Below, in pieces: positions 9,488 through 18,871 of a stretch of 64,000 nt of DNA. The notes under the pieces were generated by a model. That model had not been told where the DNA came from, searched no databases, and saw only the letters and a list, made by a program, of their open reading frames with translations. The translations under genes and the position numbers were made by a program. Position 1 is the first letter of the stretch. Each line of letters starts with the position of its first letter. This DNA is from Candidatus Delongbacteria bacterium (GTDB taxonomy: Bacteria > CAIWAD01), in assembly GCA_041675285.1 (NCBI GenBank), contig JBAYTZ010000007.1, positions 1,480 through 65,479 on the forward strand, read 5' to 3'.

Positions 9488-9892
9488 ATGAGCGGAATCA
9501 CGGACGAGGATCTGCTGGGCAAGGCCTGGGAGGCCCGCAAGGCCGCCCGCTGCGGCTACAGCGGATTCGCGGTGGGGGCGGCCCTGGAGGCCGCCGACGG
9601 TCGTGTCTTCAGCGGCTGCAACGTGGAATCCAGTTCCTACGGCCTGTCCTGTTGCGCCGAGCGCGTGGCGCTCTTCAAGGCGCTCTCCGAGGGAGCCGCG
9701 GAGTTCACGCGCATCGCCGTGGTGACGGACGCGCCCCAGGTCTGCCCGCCCTGCGGGGCCTGCCGCCAGCTGCTGGCAGACTACGCGCCCCGCGTCCGCG
9801 TGCTGATGGCCAACGCCCAGGAACGCCTGGATCTGCCCTTCGCCGACCTCTATCCCTACGGTTTCGACCAGCAGTTCCTGGCCCGCCCATGA
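9488..9892 (+). CDS. cdd: Cytidine deaminase
   Basis: Zinc-binding motifs CAERVA and PCGACRQ. About 134 aa. ATGA overlap with udk. Confidence 0.75.
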   Translation: MSGITDEDLLGKAWEARKAARCGYSGFAVGAALEAADGRVFSGCNVESSSYGLSCCAERVALFKALSEGAAEFTRIAVVTDAPQVCPPCGACRQLLADYAPRVRVLMANAQERLDLPFADLYPYGFDQQFLARP

Positions 9893-10515
9893 AGCGGCGC
9901 CCCATCCTCATCGGCATCGCCGGCGGCACGGGCTCGGGCAAGACCCTGGTGGCCCGGACCCTGGTGGAGCGGCTGGGCAGCGACCGAGTGGCTGTGATGG
10001 AGCAGGACAGCTACTACAAGGCCAACTGGGAGCTGCCCTTCGAGGAGCGCGCCAAGGTCAATTACGACCACCCCGACGCCTTCGACCACGACCTGCTGCT
10101 GGACCACGTGCGCAAGCTGCTCAAGGGCGACGGCGTGGACATGCCGGTCTACGACTACGTGCAGCACGCCCGCTGCCGGGAGCGCTCCATCCGGGTGGAG
10201 AACCACCTCTGCGTGATCCTCGAGGGCATCCTGGTGCTGCACGATCCCGTGCTGCGCCGCAAGATGGACATCAAGGTCTTCGTGGACACGGACGCCGACG
10301 TGCGCTTCATCCGGCGCCTGCGGCGGGACGTGAAGGAGCGCGGACGCTCGCTGGACGGGGTCATCGAGCAGTACGAGACCGTGGTGGCGCCCATGCACCT
10401 GCAGTTCGCGGAGCCCACCAAGCGCTTCGCCGACATCATCATCCCCCAGGGTGGCCAGAACCTGGTGGCCATCGACCTGCTGCAGACCAAGATCGCCAGC
10501 CTGCTCAAGGATTGA
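9889..10515 (+). CDS. udk: Uridine kinase
   Basis: P-loop [12 protein letters not shown]. Udk-family body ([13 protein letters not shown], VIEQY). Confidence 0.8.
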   Translation: MKRRPILIGIAGGTGSGKTLVARTLVERLGSDRVAVMEQDSYYKANWELPFEERAKVNYDHPDAFDHDLLLDHVRKLLKGDGVDMPVYDYVQHARCRERSIRVENHLCVILEGILVLHDPVLRRKMDIKVFVDTDADVRFIRRLRRDVKERGRSLDGVIEQYETVVAPMHLQFAEPTKRFADIIIPQGGQNLVAIDLLQTKIASLLKD

Positions 10516-10600
10516 CGCCGCGCGCGCCGGCCCCTGGCGGACGTGCCAGCGCCCGGGCGGCCGGAACAGGTCAACAGAATCGATGCGGGAGAGGGACGGC

Positions 10601-11200
10601 ATGCTATTCATGAGGCCCGGCAGCGGCTGGATCGAAGTGATCTGCGGCAGCATGTACAGCGGCAAGACCGAGGAGCTGATCCGCCGGCTGCGCCTGGCGC
10701 GCATCGCCCGCAAGAGCGTGCAGATCTTCAAGCCCGAGCTGGACACGCGCTACTCGAGCACGGGCATCGTCAGCCACAACGAGCAGAGCCTGGGCAGCCT
10801 GGTGGTCGCGCGGGCCCGGCAGATTCCCGAGCTGGCCGGCGACGCCGAGGTGATCGGCGTGGACGAGGCCCAGTTCTTCGACGACGAGCTGGTGCCCGTC
10901 TGCGAGGAGCTGGCCCGGGCCGGCCGGCGCGTGGTGGCGGCCGGGCTGGACAAGGACTGGCGCGGCGAACCCTTCGGCCTGATGCCGCGGCTGATGGCCG
11001 TGGCGGAGTTCGTCACCAAGCAGCACGCCATCTGCGTGGTCTGCGGCAACCCGGCCAACTTCTCCCAGCGCAAGACCCTGGCCCGCGAGCAGGTGCTGCT
11101 GGGCGCGGGGGACGTCTACGAGGCCCGCTGCCGGCACTGTTTCCAGGTGCCCAGCGAGGAGCAGCTGCGGTTGTTCGACCACAGTCCGGAACTGGACTGA
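10601..11200 (+). CDS. tdk: Thymidine kinase
   Basis: P-loop CGSMYSGKTEELIRR. C-terminal zinc ribbon CVVCG...CRHC. GGAGAGGGA RBS. Confidence 0.8.
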   Translation: MLFMRPGSGWIEVICGSMYSGKTEELIRRLRLARIARKSVQIFKPELDTRYSSTGIVSHNEQSLGSLVVARARQIPELAGDAEVIGVDEAQFFDDELVPVCEELARAGRRVVAAGLDKDWRGEPFGLMPRLMAVAEFVTKQHAICVVCGNPANFSQRKTLAREQVLLGAGDVYEARCRHCFQVPSEEQLRLFDHSPELD

Positions 11201-11230
11201 TCCACTGGCGGAGCGGAACAAGGAGCGTCC

Positions 11231-12532
11231 ATGCTGGAACGTCTGATGAGCTTCGCGGGCATCTTCGCCCTGCTCGGCATCGCCTGGCTGATGTCCAACG
11301 ACCGCAAGCACGTGAAGGCGAAACCGATTCTCTATGGCATGCTGCTGCAGCTGGCGCTGGGCGGCCTGCTGCTGGCCTGGGCTCCCGGGCGGGCGGGTTT
11401 CCAGTGGTTCTCCGACGGCGTCGCCTCGTTCCTGGCGCTGTCCGACAAGGGCGCCGAGTTCCTGTTCGGCAACCTCACCCGGCCCGAGCACTTCTTTCCC
11501 GGCGGGGGTTTCTGGCCGGGCTTCGGCTTCCAGTTCGCCTTCAAGGTCCTGCCCACGATCATCTTCTTCTCGGCCGTGATGTCCATTATGTATTACCTGG
11601 GCATCATGCAGGTCATCATCAAGGGCATGGCCCGCGCCGTGCAGAAGGTGATGGGCACCAGCGGCTCGGAGACCCTGAGCTGCACGGCCAACATCTTCGT
11701 GGGCCAGACCGAGGCCCCGCTGCTGATCAAACCTTTCCTCGCGGGCATGACCAACTCCGAGCTGCTGACCGTGATGGTGGGCGGCTTCGCCACCATCGCC
11801 GGCGGCGTGATGGCCGGCTACATCGCCATGGGCGTCAACGCCGGGCACCTGATCGTGGCCAGCGTGCTGAGCTGTCCGGCGGCCCTGGTGGTGGGGAAGA
11901 TCATCCAGCCGGAGACCGGCGTCTCCCAGACCGCGGGCAGGACGGAACTGCCCGTCATCAACGTGGGCGACAACGTGGTGGACGCCGCCGCTCGCGGCAC
12001 CACCGACGGACTGAAACTGGCCGCCAACGTGGCCGCCATGCTCATCGCCTTCATCTCGCTGATCGCGCTGGTGGACTGGATGCTGGGCGGCGCGGACGCG
12101 CTGATCGACGGGCGGCTGCTGGGTGGCGCGGCGCTGCCCTCGGGCGAGTTCGCCGGCTGGTTCCCGGGCAGCCTGCGCACCTTCTTCGGCACGCTGCTCG
12201 CGCCGCTGGCCTTCCTGATGGGCGTGCCCTGGCAGGACGCCGGGGCCGTGGGCAACCTGCTGGGCATCAAGCTCAGCATCAACGAATTCGTGGGCTACTC
12301 CACCCTGGCGGAGTTGATCCAGACCCAGAGCATCACGCCGCGCGCGCAGGTGATCGCCACCTACGCCATGTGCGGCTTCGCCAATTTCAGCAGCATCGGA
12401 ATCCAGATCGGCGGGATCGGGGCGCTGGCGCCCGAGCGGCGCGGGGACTTGGCTCGGCTGGGGCTGAAGGCGATGTTCGGTGGCGCCATCGCCTCCTGGA
12501 TCACGGCCTGCATCGCCGGCATGATGATCTGA
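11231..12532 (+). CDS. nupC: Concentrative nucleoside transporter, NupC/CNT family
   Basis: Multi-TM protein with NupC family signature regions (GFANFSSIGIQIGGIGALAPERR, TELPVINVGDNVVDAAARG). Confidence 0.75.
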   Translation: MLERLMSFAGIFALLGIAWLMSNDRKHVKAKPILYGMLLQLALGGLLLAWAPGRAGFQWFSDGVASFLALSDKGAEFLFGNLTRPEHFFPGGGFWPGFGFQFAFKVLPTIIFFSAVMSIMYYLGIMQVIIKGMARAVQKVMGTSGSETLSCTANIFVGQTEAPLLIKPFLAGMTNSELLTVMVGGFATIAGGVMAGYIAMGVNAGHLIVASVLSCPAALVVGKIIQPETGVSQTAGRTELPVINVGDNVVDAAARGTTDGLKLAANVAAMLIAFISLIALVDWMLGGADALIDGRLLGGAALPSGEFAGWFPGSLRTFFGTLLAPLAFLMGVPWQDAGAVGNLLGIKLSINEFVGYSTLAELIQTQSITPRAQVIATYAMCGFANFSSIGIQIGGIGALAPERRGDLARLGLKAMFGGAIASWITACIAGMMI

Positions 12533-12626
12533 GTTCCCGTCGGATCGGACGCTGCGGAGTCGGCTGGATGTTGGCAATCACGGATCCCGGCCTCCGCCGG
12601 GATGACAGCGAAGGATCGGCATATCC

Positions 12627-13439
12627 ATGCATGAGCAGATCCGGCAGGCCGCCGCGTTCGTGAGACAAGAGCTGGGCGAGATCCCGCCGCGCGCCGTGGT
12701 GCTGGGCAGCGGGCTGGGCGTCCTGGTGGACCACATGGACGGGGCCCGGGAACTGTCCACGGCGGCGATTCCGCACTTCCCGGTCTCCACCGTGCCCGGC
12801 CACGCGGGCCGGCTGGTGGCCGGGCGGCTGGACGGCACGCCCGTGCTGGCGCTGAAAGGACGCGTCCACGCCTACGAAGGCTACAGCCAGGAGCAGGTGG
12901 TCTTTCCCATCCGCCTGTTCGCCGCGCTGGGCGTGAAGGCCCTGGTCACCACCAACGCCGTGGGCTGCGTCAACCGGCTGTTGCGGCCGGGGGACCTCGT
13001 GCTGCTGACAGACCAGCTCAACCTGATGTTTCGCAATCCCCTGCGCGGCCCCAACGACGATGCCCTGGGTCCGCGCTTCCCCGACATGAGCGCGGCCTAC
13101 GACCCGGGGCTGAACCAGTGCGCGCGCGAGACCGCCCGGGAACTGGGCCTGGACCTGAAGTGCGGCGTGATGGCCGGGCTGCTGGGCCCCAGCTACGAGA
13201 CGCCGGCGGAGATCCGCATGCTGGCGCGGCTGGAGGCCGACGTCGTGGGCATGAGCACCATCCCCGAGGCCATCGCGGCCCGCCACCTGGGCCTGCCCAT
13301 GGCCGCCATCAGCTGCGTGACCAACTACGCCGCCGGACTGGGCGCCGGGACGCTGAACCACGCCGAGGTCACGGACGTGGCCGAGCAGGCCCGCGAGCGC
13401 TTCTCCGCCCTCTTGTCCGCGCTGCTAGCCAGGATCTGA
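12627..13439 (+). CDS. punA: Purine nucleoside phosphorylase (trimeric PNP/MTAP family)
   Basis: GSGLG, VPGHAGRLV, ALVTTNAVGC and MSTIPE motifs of PNP family 2. Confidence 0.75.
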   Translation: MHEQIRQAAAFVRQELGEIPPRAVVLGSGLGVLVDHMDGARELSTAAIPHFPVSTVPGHAGRLVAGRLDGTPVLALKGRVHAYEGYSQEQVVFPIRLFAALGVKALVTTNAVGCVNRLLRPGDLVLLTDQLNLMFRNPLRGPNDDALGPRFPDMSAAYDPGLNQCARETARELGLDLKCGVMAGLLGPSYETPAEIRMLARLEADVVGMSTIPEAIAARHLGLPMAAISCVTNYAAGLGAGTLNHAEVTDVAEQARERFSALLSALLARI

Positions 13440-13440
13440 G

Positions 13441-14724
13441 ATGAGCGCGCGCTGGCTCCCCGCCTTGCTGCTGGCCTGCCTGGCCGCCCTGGCCCAGGAG
13501 GAGCCCGACGAGAGTGCGGGGCCGGCTCCGGGCGACTGGACCGAATGGCGCGTGCGCAGCCTGCACTGCACGGGCCTCATGCACACGGACTCCAGCGTCA
13601 TCCTGCGCGAGCTGGAGCTGCGGCCCGGCGTGGGCTACAGCGACCGGCTGCTGCAGGAGGACGCGCGCGCCGTCAAGAACACCAACCTGTTCGCGCGGCT
13701 GGTGGTCTCGGTCAACCCGGACAGCAGCGAAGAGGCGGTGGACATCGTCTACGCGGTCAGCGAGCGGCCGAGCTGGCTGGCCTATCCCATCCTGACGCCC
13801 ACCGATCGGCTGGGCTGGGTCTACGGCTTCGCCCTGATGAACCGCAACCAGGGCGGGATGGGGCGCCGGCTGGACCTGCAGGCCGAGTTCGGCGAACACC
13901 TCAGCTATTCTTTCTACCTGCAGGAACCCTGGTTCCTGGGACGACGCCAGCCGGTCTCGCTCTACGTCAACCGGCGCCGCAGCGACTCGGCGGACGGCGA
14001 CTACCGCAAGGTCAACAAGGAAGTGCGGCTGGGCTGGCAGCACTACTTCGACCGGGAGACGCTGTTGGGGGTCCATCCCTCCTGGCAGGAGGTCACCGTG
14101 CACGACCGCCGGCCGCTGGCGCAGCCGGCCACCAGCAATCCGCTGGGCGTGGACGTGTTCGGCGGGCTGGGACTGGTCGTGGAGCGCAACACCACGGACT
14201 ACCACGCCAGTCCGCGCACGGGCTCGGTGCAGAGCGCGGGGCTGAGCGCCTTCGGGCTGGGGGGGTCTGAGATGCCGGCGGGACTGGCCGCCGGGCTGTC
14301 CCTGAGCCGGTTCCAGCCCCTGGGCGACAACCTGGTGCTGGGCCTGCACAGCGCGGCCGACCTGCTGACGGGGCGGCGCGCGGACTACATGAAGCACTAT
14401 CTTGGCCAGCGGGGCCGAGTGCGGGCCGGCGGCGTGGACCAGTGGCCGGGCTGGAGCCTGTGGCACGGCAGCGCCGAGTTGCGGATGACCCTTCTGCCCA
14501 GGCAGGTCTTCTTCCAGCACGTGGACTTCGGGCTGGGCGCCGTGGCCTTCCTGGACGGGGGCCTGGTCTGGAGCGACGTGTTCCAGGGCCGGCGGCTGGC
14601 GGCGGGGGGCGCGGGCGTGGGTCTGCGCCTCTACGCGCCGTTCGTGGAGGTGGGACGGGTGGACCTGGCCTGGTCGCCCACGCATGGAGCCATGATCCAG
14701 ATCGGACAGGGGCATTCCTTTTGA
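13441..14724 (+). CDS. Omp85 / bacterial surface antigen (D15) family outer-membrane protein with a single POTRA domain
   Basis: Signal peptide. POTRA-like N-terminal region (VILRELELRPGVGYSDRLLQEDARAVKNTNLFARLVVSVNP...VDIVYAVSERP). C-terminal beta-barrel with aromatic-rich strands ending in F. Confidence 0.55.
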   Translation: MSARWLPALLLACLAALAQEEPDESAGPAPGDWTEWRVRSLHCTGLMHTDSSVILRELELRPGVGYSDRLLQEDARAVKNTNLFARLVVSVNPDSSEEAVDIVYAVSERPSWLAYPILTPTDRLGWVYGFALMNRNQGGMGRRLDLQAEFGEHLSYSFYLQEPWFLGRRQPVSLYVNRRRSDSADGDYRKVNKEVRLGWQHYFDRETLLGVHPSWQEVTVHDRRPLAQPATSNPLGVDVFGGLGLVVERNTTDYHASPRTGSVQSAGLSAFGLGGSEMPAGLAAGLSLSRFQPLGDNLVLGLHSAADLLTGRRADYMKHYLGQRGRVRAGGVDQWPGWSLWHGSAELRMTLLPRQVFFQHVDFGLGAVAFLDGGLVWSDVFQGRRLAAGGAGVGLRLYAPFVEVGRVDLAWSPTHGAMIQIGQGHSF

Positions 14725-16928
14725 ATCGACTTGCCACCCATCGCCTGCCCGTCTGGGCGGGATTGATCCTCCTCTGGCTGTTGATCCAGGGCGCGACCAG
14801 TCTGGCGGGACCGCAGCCGGGGCGCTCCCTGGCCGCCCCCAAGGACACGCTGGCCCGGGACAGCGCCCAGGTGGATCCCTTCCTGCCCTTGACCCGCCGG
14901 CCGGCGCCGGGCGGGCTCTTCATTTCCACCTTGGTGAATTCCGGCAAGGAATTGTGGGCGGTGGGCGACTCGGGCTTCATCGCCCGCGGGCCGTCGGACA
15001 GCCTGCTGCGGCGCGTGGCCCAACCCGGCCGGGCGGCCCTGCATTGCGCCGTCTGGTGGGACGAGGCCCTGGTCTGCGCCGGAGACAGCGCCCGCGTCCT
15101 GCGCGTGGCGGGCGGCCGTGTCACACGCGCCCAGCTGCCCGGCCAGCGCGCCGTGCGCGATCTCGATTTCAACGACCGGCTGGGCCTGCTGGGCGGGGAC
15201 GAGGGCCTGCTGGCCCGCTCCCTGGACGGCGGCGTGAATTGGGACACCCTGTCGGCCCCGCTGCCCATGCGCTTCCACGCCGTGCTCTGCCAGGACAGCG
15301 TCTGGTGGGCGGGGGGCGCGGGCGGACGCCTCTACCGCAGCAGCAATCTTGGCCTGGACTGGAGCGCGGCAGAAGGTTGCACCGGCGCCGTGGTGGATCT
15401 GGCCGAGCTGCCGGACGGCTCGCTGATGGTGCTGGAACGCTCCGGCGCCCTGCACGTGCGGGGACCGGGGGGCCGCCGCGAATTGGGTGTGGCGCCCGTG
15501 GGCGTGGCCCGGCACCTCTCGCCCGCACCCGGCGGCTGGGCCGTGGGCGGAGAGGGCGGTCGGCTGGCCCTGCTGGACCTGGCCACGGGTCAGTGGCTGG
15601 AGCAACGCCTGCCGCTGCCCACGGTGGTCTCCGGGATGCTGCCCTGGAAGGGCGGATTGCTGCTCAGCGGCGCCTGGAACACGCTGGCCCAGTGGCAGCC
15701 GGGCGGGACGGGGGCGCGCCTGCTGCAGCATTCCCTCTCCATCTCCCAGCCCGCCGCCGTGGAGGAGACCCGGCTGGGCGAGGGCGAGACCGCGCGGGCG
15801 GACTCCGTCGCGACCGCCGAAGTGGCGCTGGACGGCGCGCGCTATTTCCAGAATGTGCTGGACACGGACACGCGCTGCACCACGCCGCCCACGCGCTTGC
15901 GGCAGCTGGAGCGCTCCCTCAACCACATGCGCTGGCTGGGCGCTCCGGGGCGCGTGATGCTGGCCCTGGACGTGGATGCCCGCGGCACGCTGGACAGCGT
16001 GCTGGTGCTGGACGAGTGGCCCCCCGAGCTGGGTCTGGGCGAGCAGGCCCGCCGGCTGGCGGAGGGTCTGACCTTCACGCCGGGCTTCCGCAAATCCGGC
16101 ATGGTGCAGTCGCGCCTGCTCTTCCCGGTGGTGTTCGCCGGAGTGCCGGCGGACCATTTGAGCTGGGCCAAGGGTGAGAGCGAGGCCACCCACCTGCTGG
16201 ACAGCCTCTTGAAACGGCAGCCGCGGCCCTTCAGCCCGCTGGCGCCCAAGGCGCTGGTCAAGGCGCTGGGCTTCCCGCGCAAGGCCAAGCGCTTTGTCTG
16301 GGAAGGCGACGTGGCGCTGGAGTACGGGATGGACTCGTTGGGCGCCCTGCTGGAGCCGCGGGTGCTTTGGGAGTCCGACGAACGCTACGACTTCGGCGCC
16401 CACGCGCTGAAGGTCCTGCCCAAGCTGGGCATGCGCCTGCCCGACAGTCTGCGGATCGCTCCGGGCGACCATCTCCAGGTGACCCAGCGCCTGCGTTTCG
16501 ATCGCCGGCAGTTCCGGCGGGCGGCCAAGGCGATGGCCGAGGGCCTGCTGTTCAGCGAGGTGCTGAGCGCCGTCTCCGTGGCGGACTCGGCCCGCTACGA
16601 GCCCGGCCTGGCGCAGCTGGAGTGGCTGCTCAACGATTTCCAGAAGGCCGATGCGGCGGGCTGGCCGGAACTGGAGCTGGACCTGGTGCTGCGTCACGAC
16701 GGCCGGCCTCGCTCCTTCAACGCCCAGGTCCGCGCGGAAACCGGCGGGGCGCTGGACACGGAGATCCTGCGTAGCCTGGCCCTGCTCTTCACCTGGGGCC
16801 GGCCCTTGTCGGACACCCAGGACGGGCTGGACAGCCTCAGATTCACCTGGCGCCCACGGGCCTTCACGGCGGATTCCACCAACCGGCCGGCCAGCCTGAC
16901 CCGGCTGTTGCAGGGAGTGGTCTATTGA
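14721..16928 (+). CDS. BNR/Asp-box (Ycf48-like) beta-propeller protein fused to a TonB C-terminal-like domain; TTG start inferred
   Basis: Only an in-frame TTG at 14721, overlapping the upstream stop (TTGA), precedes the hydrophobic N-terminus (LPVWAGLILLWLLIQGATSLA). Asp-box motifs SLDGGVNW and SSNLGLDW. TonB-C-like segment LDVDARGTLDSVLVLDEWP...GMVQSRLLFPVVF. Confidence 0.4.
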   Translation: MNRLATHRLPVWAGLILLWLLIQGATSLAGPQPGRSLAAPKDTLARDSAQVDPFLPLTRRPAPGGLFISTLVNSGKELWAVGDSGFIARGPSDSLLRRVAQPGRAALHCAVWWDEALVCAGDSARVLRVAGGRVTRAQLPGQRAVRDLDFNDRLGLLGGDEGLLARSLDGGVNWDTLSAPLPMRFHAVLCQDSVWWAGGAGGRLYRSSNLGLDWSAAEGCTGAVVDLAELPDGSLMVLERSGALHVRGPGGRRELGVAPVGVARHLSPAPGGWAVGGEGGRLALLDLATGQWLEQRLPLPTVVSGMLPWKGGLLLSGAWNTLAQWQPGGTGARLLQHSLSISQPAAVEETRLGEGETARADSVATAEVALDGARYFQNVLDTDTRCTTPPTRLRQLERSLNHMRWLGAPGRVMLALDVDARGTLDSVLVLDEWPPELGLGEQARRLAEGLTFTPGFRKSGMVQSRLLFPVVFAGVPADHLSWAKGESEATHLLDSLLKRQPRPFSPLAPKALVKALGFPRKAKRFVWEGDVALEYGMDSLGALLEPRVLWESDERYDFGAHALKVLPKLGMRLPDSLRIAPGDHLQVTQRLRFDRRQFRRAAKAMAEGLLFSEVLSAVSVADSARYEPGLAQLEWLLNDFQKADAAGWPELELDLVLRHDGRPRSFNAQVRAETGGALDTEILRSLALLFTWGRPLSDTQDGLDSLRFTWRPRAFTADSTNRPASLTRLLQGVVY

Positions 16929-18148
16929 CGACGACGGCGCTCCCCCCCACGCGCGTCCTCTGGCTGGAGGACCGGCCCGCAGAGATCCGGGATCCGCTGC
17001 CCGAGGCCGTGGAGGCCGTGGTGGTGGGCGCCGGCCTGGCCGGACTTTCCGTGGCCCTGCACCTGCGGCGGCTGGGGGTGGAGGTCTGCGTGCTGGAGCG
17101 CGAGCATCCCGCGGCGGGGGCCTCCGGCCGCAACGCCGGCCATCTGCTGGCCGGGACCTCCGAGTACTACAACCGCGCCGTGGATTTGCTGGGGCGCGAG
17201 AAGGCCCGGGAGATCTGGGCCTTCACCGTGGCCAACCAGCAGGACTTCTCCGCCCACCTGCTCTCGCTGCCCGTGGAGACGGGCTACCAGCGCTGCGGCT
17301 ACCTGGCCTGCGCCACCACCGAGCACGAGCGTCGCGAGCTGGAGCAGACCGCCCAGTTGCTGCGCGAGGACGGGTTCGAGAGCGAGTTCTGGAGCGCCGA
17401 GCAGCTGGTGAAGCGCACGGGGCGCAGTCCCTTCCTGGGGGCGCGCTACTCGCCGGACGACGGACAGGTGCAGCCCGCCCGCGTGGTCTGGGCCCTGGCG
17501 GACGAGTTGCGCGCCGCCGGCGGCCGCTTGGCCTCGCGCACGGAGGTTCTGGCGGTGGAGAGCGACCCCGCGGGCTGGCGCCTGGAGCTGCGCACGCCGG
17601 AGGGCGCCCGCCGGCTGCGCGCCACGGTGGTGATCCATTGCACCAACGCCTGGACCTTCCAGCTGCTGCCCGCCTTCACGGACCTGATCAGCCCCGTGCG
17701 CGGCCAGATGCTGGCCACGGAGCGCCTGCACAAGGTGATTCCCATGGCCATGGCCGCCAACTACGGCTACGAGTACTGGCGCCAGGCCCCCAACGGCGAA
17801 GTGGTGCTGGGCGGCTGGCGCTGGTCCCAGCAGGAGCAGGAGATCGGCGTCCTGACGGAGACGCTCAACCCGGAGATCCACGCCGGGCTCTCCACCTTCC
17901 TGCAAGGCCACTTCCCCAAGCTCGAGGGCGCGGCCATCCGCTGCGCCTGGACCGGCGTGATGGGCTTCTCCCGGGACGGCCTGCCCTGGGTGGGCGAGGT
18001 GCCGGGTCGCCAGGGCCAGTACCTGGCGGCGGGCTTCACGGGGCACGGTTTCGGCCTGGCGTGGCGCTGCGCCCAGGGGCTGGCAGAAGAAATCGTCCAG
18101 GGCCGCCTCTGCGAAAATCTGCGCTGGTTCCGGCCGCGACGGGCCTGA
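16925..18148 (+). CDS. FAD-dependent oxidoreductase (DAO / glycine-oxidase-like)
   Basis: Dinucleotide-binding motif VVVGAGLAGLSVALHL...LE; ATGA overlap with the upstream gene. Confidence 0.7.
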   Translation: MTTTALPPTRVLWLEDRPAEIRDPLPEAVEAVVVGAGLAGLSVALHLRRLGVEVCVLEREHPAAGASGRNAGHLLAGTSEYYNRAVDLLGREKAREIWAFTVANQQDFSAHLLSLPVETGYQRCGYLACATTEHERRELEQTAQLLREDGFESEFWSAEQLVKRTGRSPFLGARYSPDDGQVQPARVVWALADELRAAGGRLASRTEVLAVESDPAGWRLELRTPEGARRLRATVVIHCTNAWTFQLLPAFTDLISPVRGQMLATERLHKVIPMAMAANYGYEYWRQAPNGEVVLGGWRWSQQEQEIGVLTETLNPEIHAGLSTFLQGHFPKLEGAAIRCAWTGVMGFSRDGLPWVGEVPGRQGQYLAAGFTGHGFGLAWRCAQGLAEEIVQGRLCENLRWFRPRRA

Positions 18149-18150
18149 GT

Positions 18151-18404
18151 CCACCTTTCTGCTGGCGCCGGTATGGTGGCCCAACGCCTGTCATCCCCCG
18201 GCTTGACCGGGGGATCCCAACCCTGATCAGTCATCCAGGCGGGGGCTGGGGTGCCATGTTTTCCACCTTTCTGCTAGCGCCGGTATGGTGGCCCAACGCC
18301 TGTCATCCCCCGGCTTGACCGGGGGATCCCAACCCTGATCAGTCATCCTGGCGGGGGCTGGGGCGCCATGTTTTCCACCTTTCTGCTTGCGCCAGAAAGG
18401 TGGA
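18151..18404. repeat. Tandem direct repeat of a 112-bp unit (two full copies ~97% identical plus a truncated third copy), ending in an 11-bp-stem hairpin
   Basis: Unit starts CCACCTTTCTGCT(G/A)GCGCCGGTATGGTGG at 18151, 18263 and 18375. Each full unit contains a perfect 9-bp-stem hairpin ATCCCCCGG-cttga-CCGGGGGAT (e.g. 18193..18215). The array ends with TCCACCTTTCT-gcttgcgcc-AGAAAGGTGGA (18374..18404). Confidence 0.8.
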
Positions 18405-18818
18405 GCCAAAGAGGCGCTTTTTCTCAGCGGCCAGAGTCAGGCCACCTCGCGGTGGCCTTCCGCTGGCCGGCGATTGGCCTTCCTGAAACCGTGTAGTTGG
18501 TTCCGCCTGACGGCGTCACCACCTGGTTCTGGTTCAGCCCTGTGGGCTTCACCTCACTCGATCAATGACTCCACCTGTCGCACGACTTCACTGTGCCTCT
18601 GTGACTCTGTGTTGAAGAGCCACACCGACCCCTCCAGCAACCACTTCGAGCCTTCGAACCTTCGTGTTCAAGGGCCTCACGGAATGGGCACCAAAACTCT
18701 CACGGCCGAGGAGAGCTGAGCGCCACAGATGAGCCGATCGCCACCCAAACTGAACGGCCTGGGGAGTTCCGGCTTTGGGGTGGCGCGCGATCCATATCAA
18801 CATAGAACGGGGTCGATT

Positions 18819-18871
18819 GAGTGACGCGAGAGTCACACGGGGACGCCGGAGTCACGTGGCCCTGGAGTCAC
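18819..18871 (+). promoter_or_regulatory. Cluster of GAGTCAC / GTGAC repeats (candidate regulator-binding array) in the long 5' region of the secreted-protein gene cluster
   Basis: GAGTGAC at 18819, then GAGTCAC at 18830, 18849 and 18865 (spacings 19 and 16 bp). The first pair forms the palindrome GTGAC-N7-GTCAC. It lies within a ~650-bp lower-GC non-coding region. Confidence 0.35.

Noticed and set aside
10543-12663. 706-aa plus ORF and 657-aa minus ORF over tdk/nupC
   Set aside because: Arg/Gly/Ala low-complexity with no motifs. They are displaced by clear tdk and nupC calls in other frames.
18151-18404. Tandem repeat as a possible CRISPR array
   Set aside because: The intervening sequences are the repeat itself (no unique spacers), the unit is 112 bp, and no cas genes are nearby.
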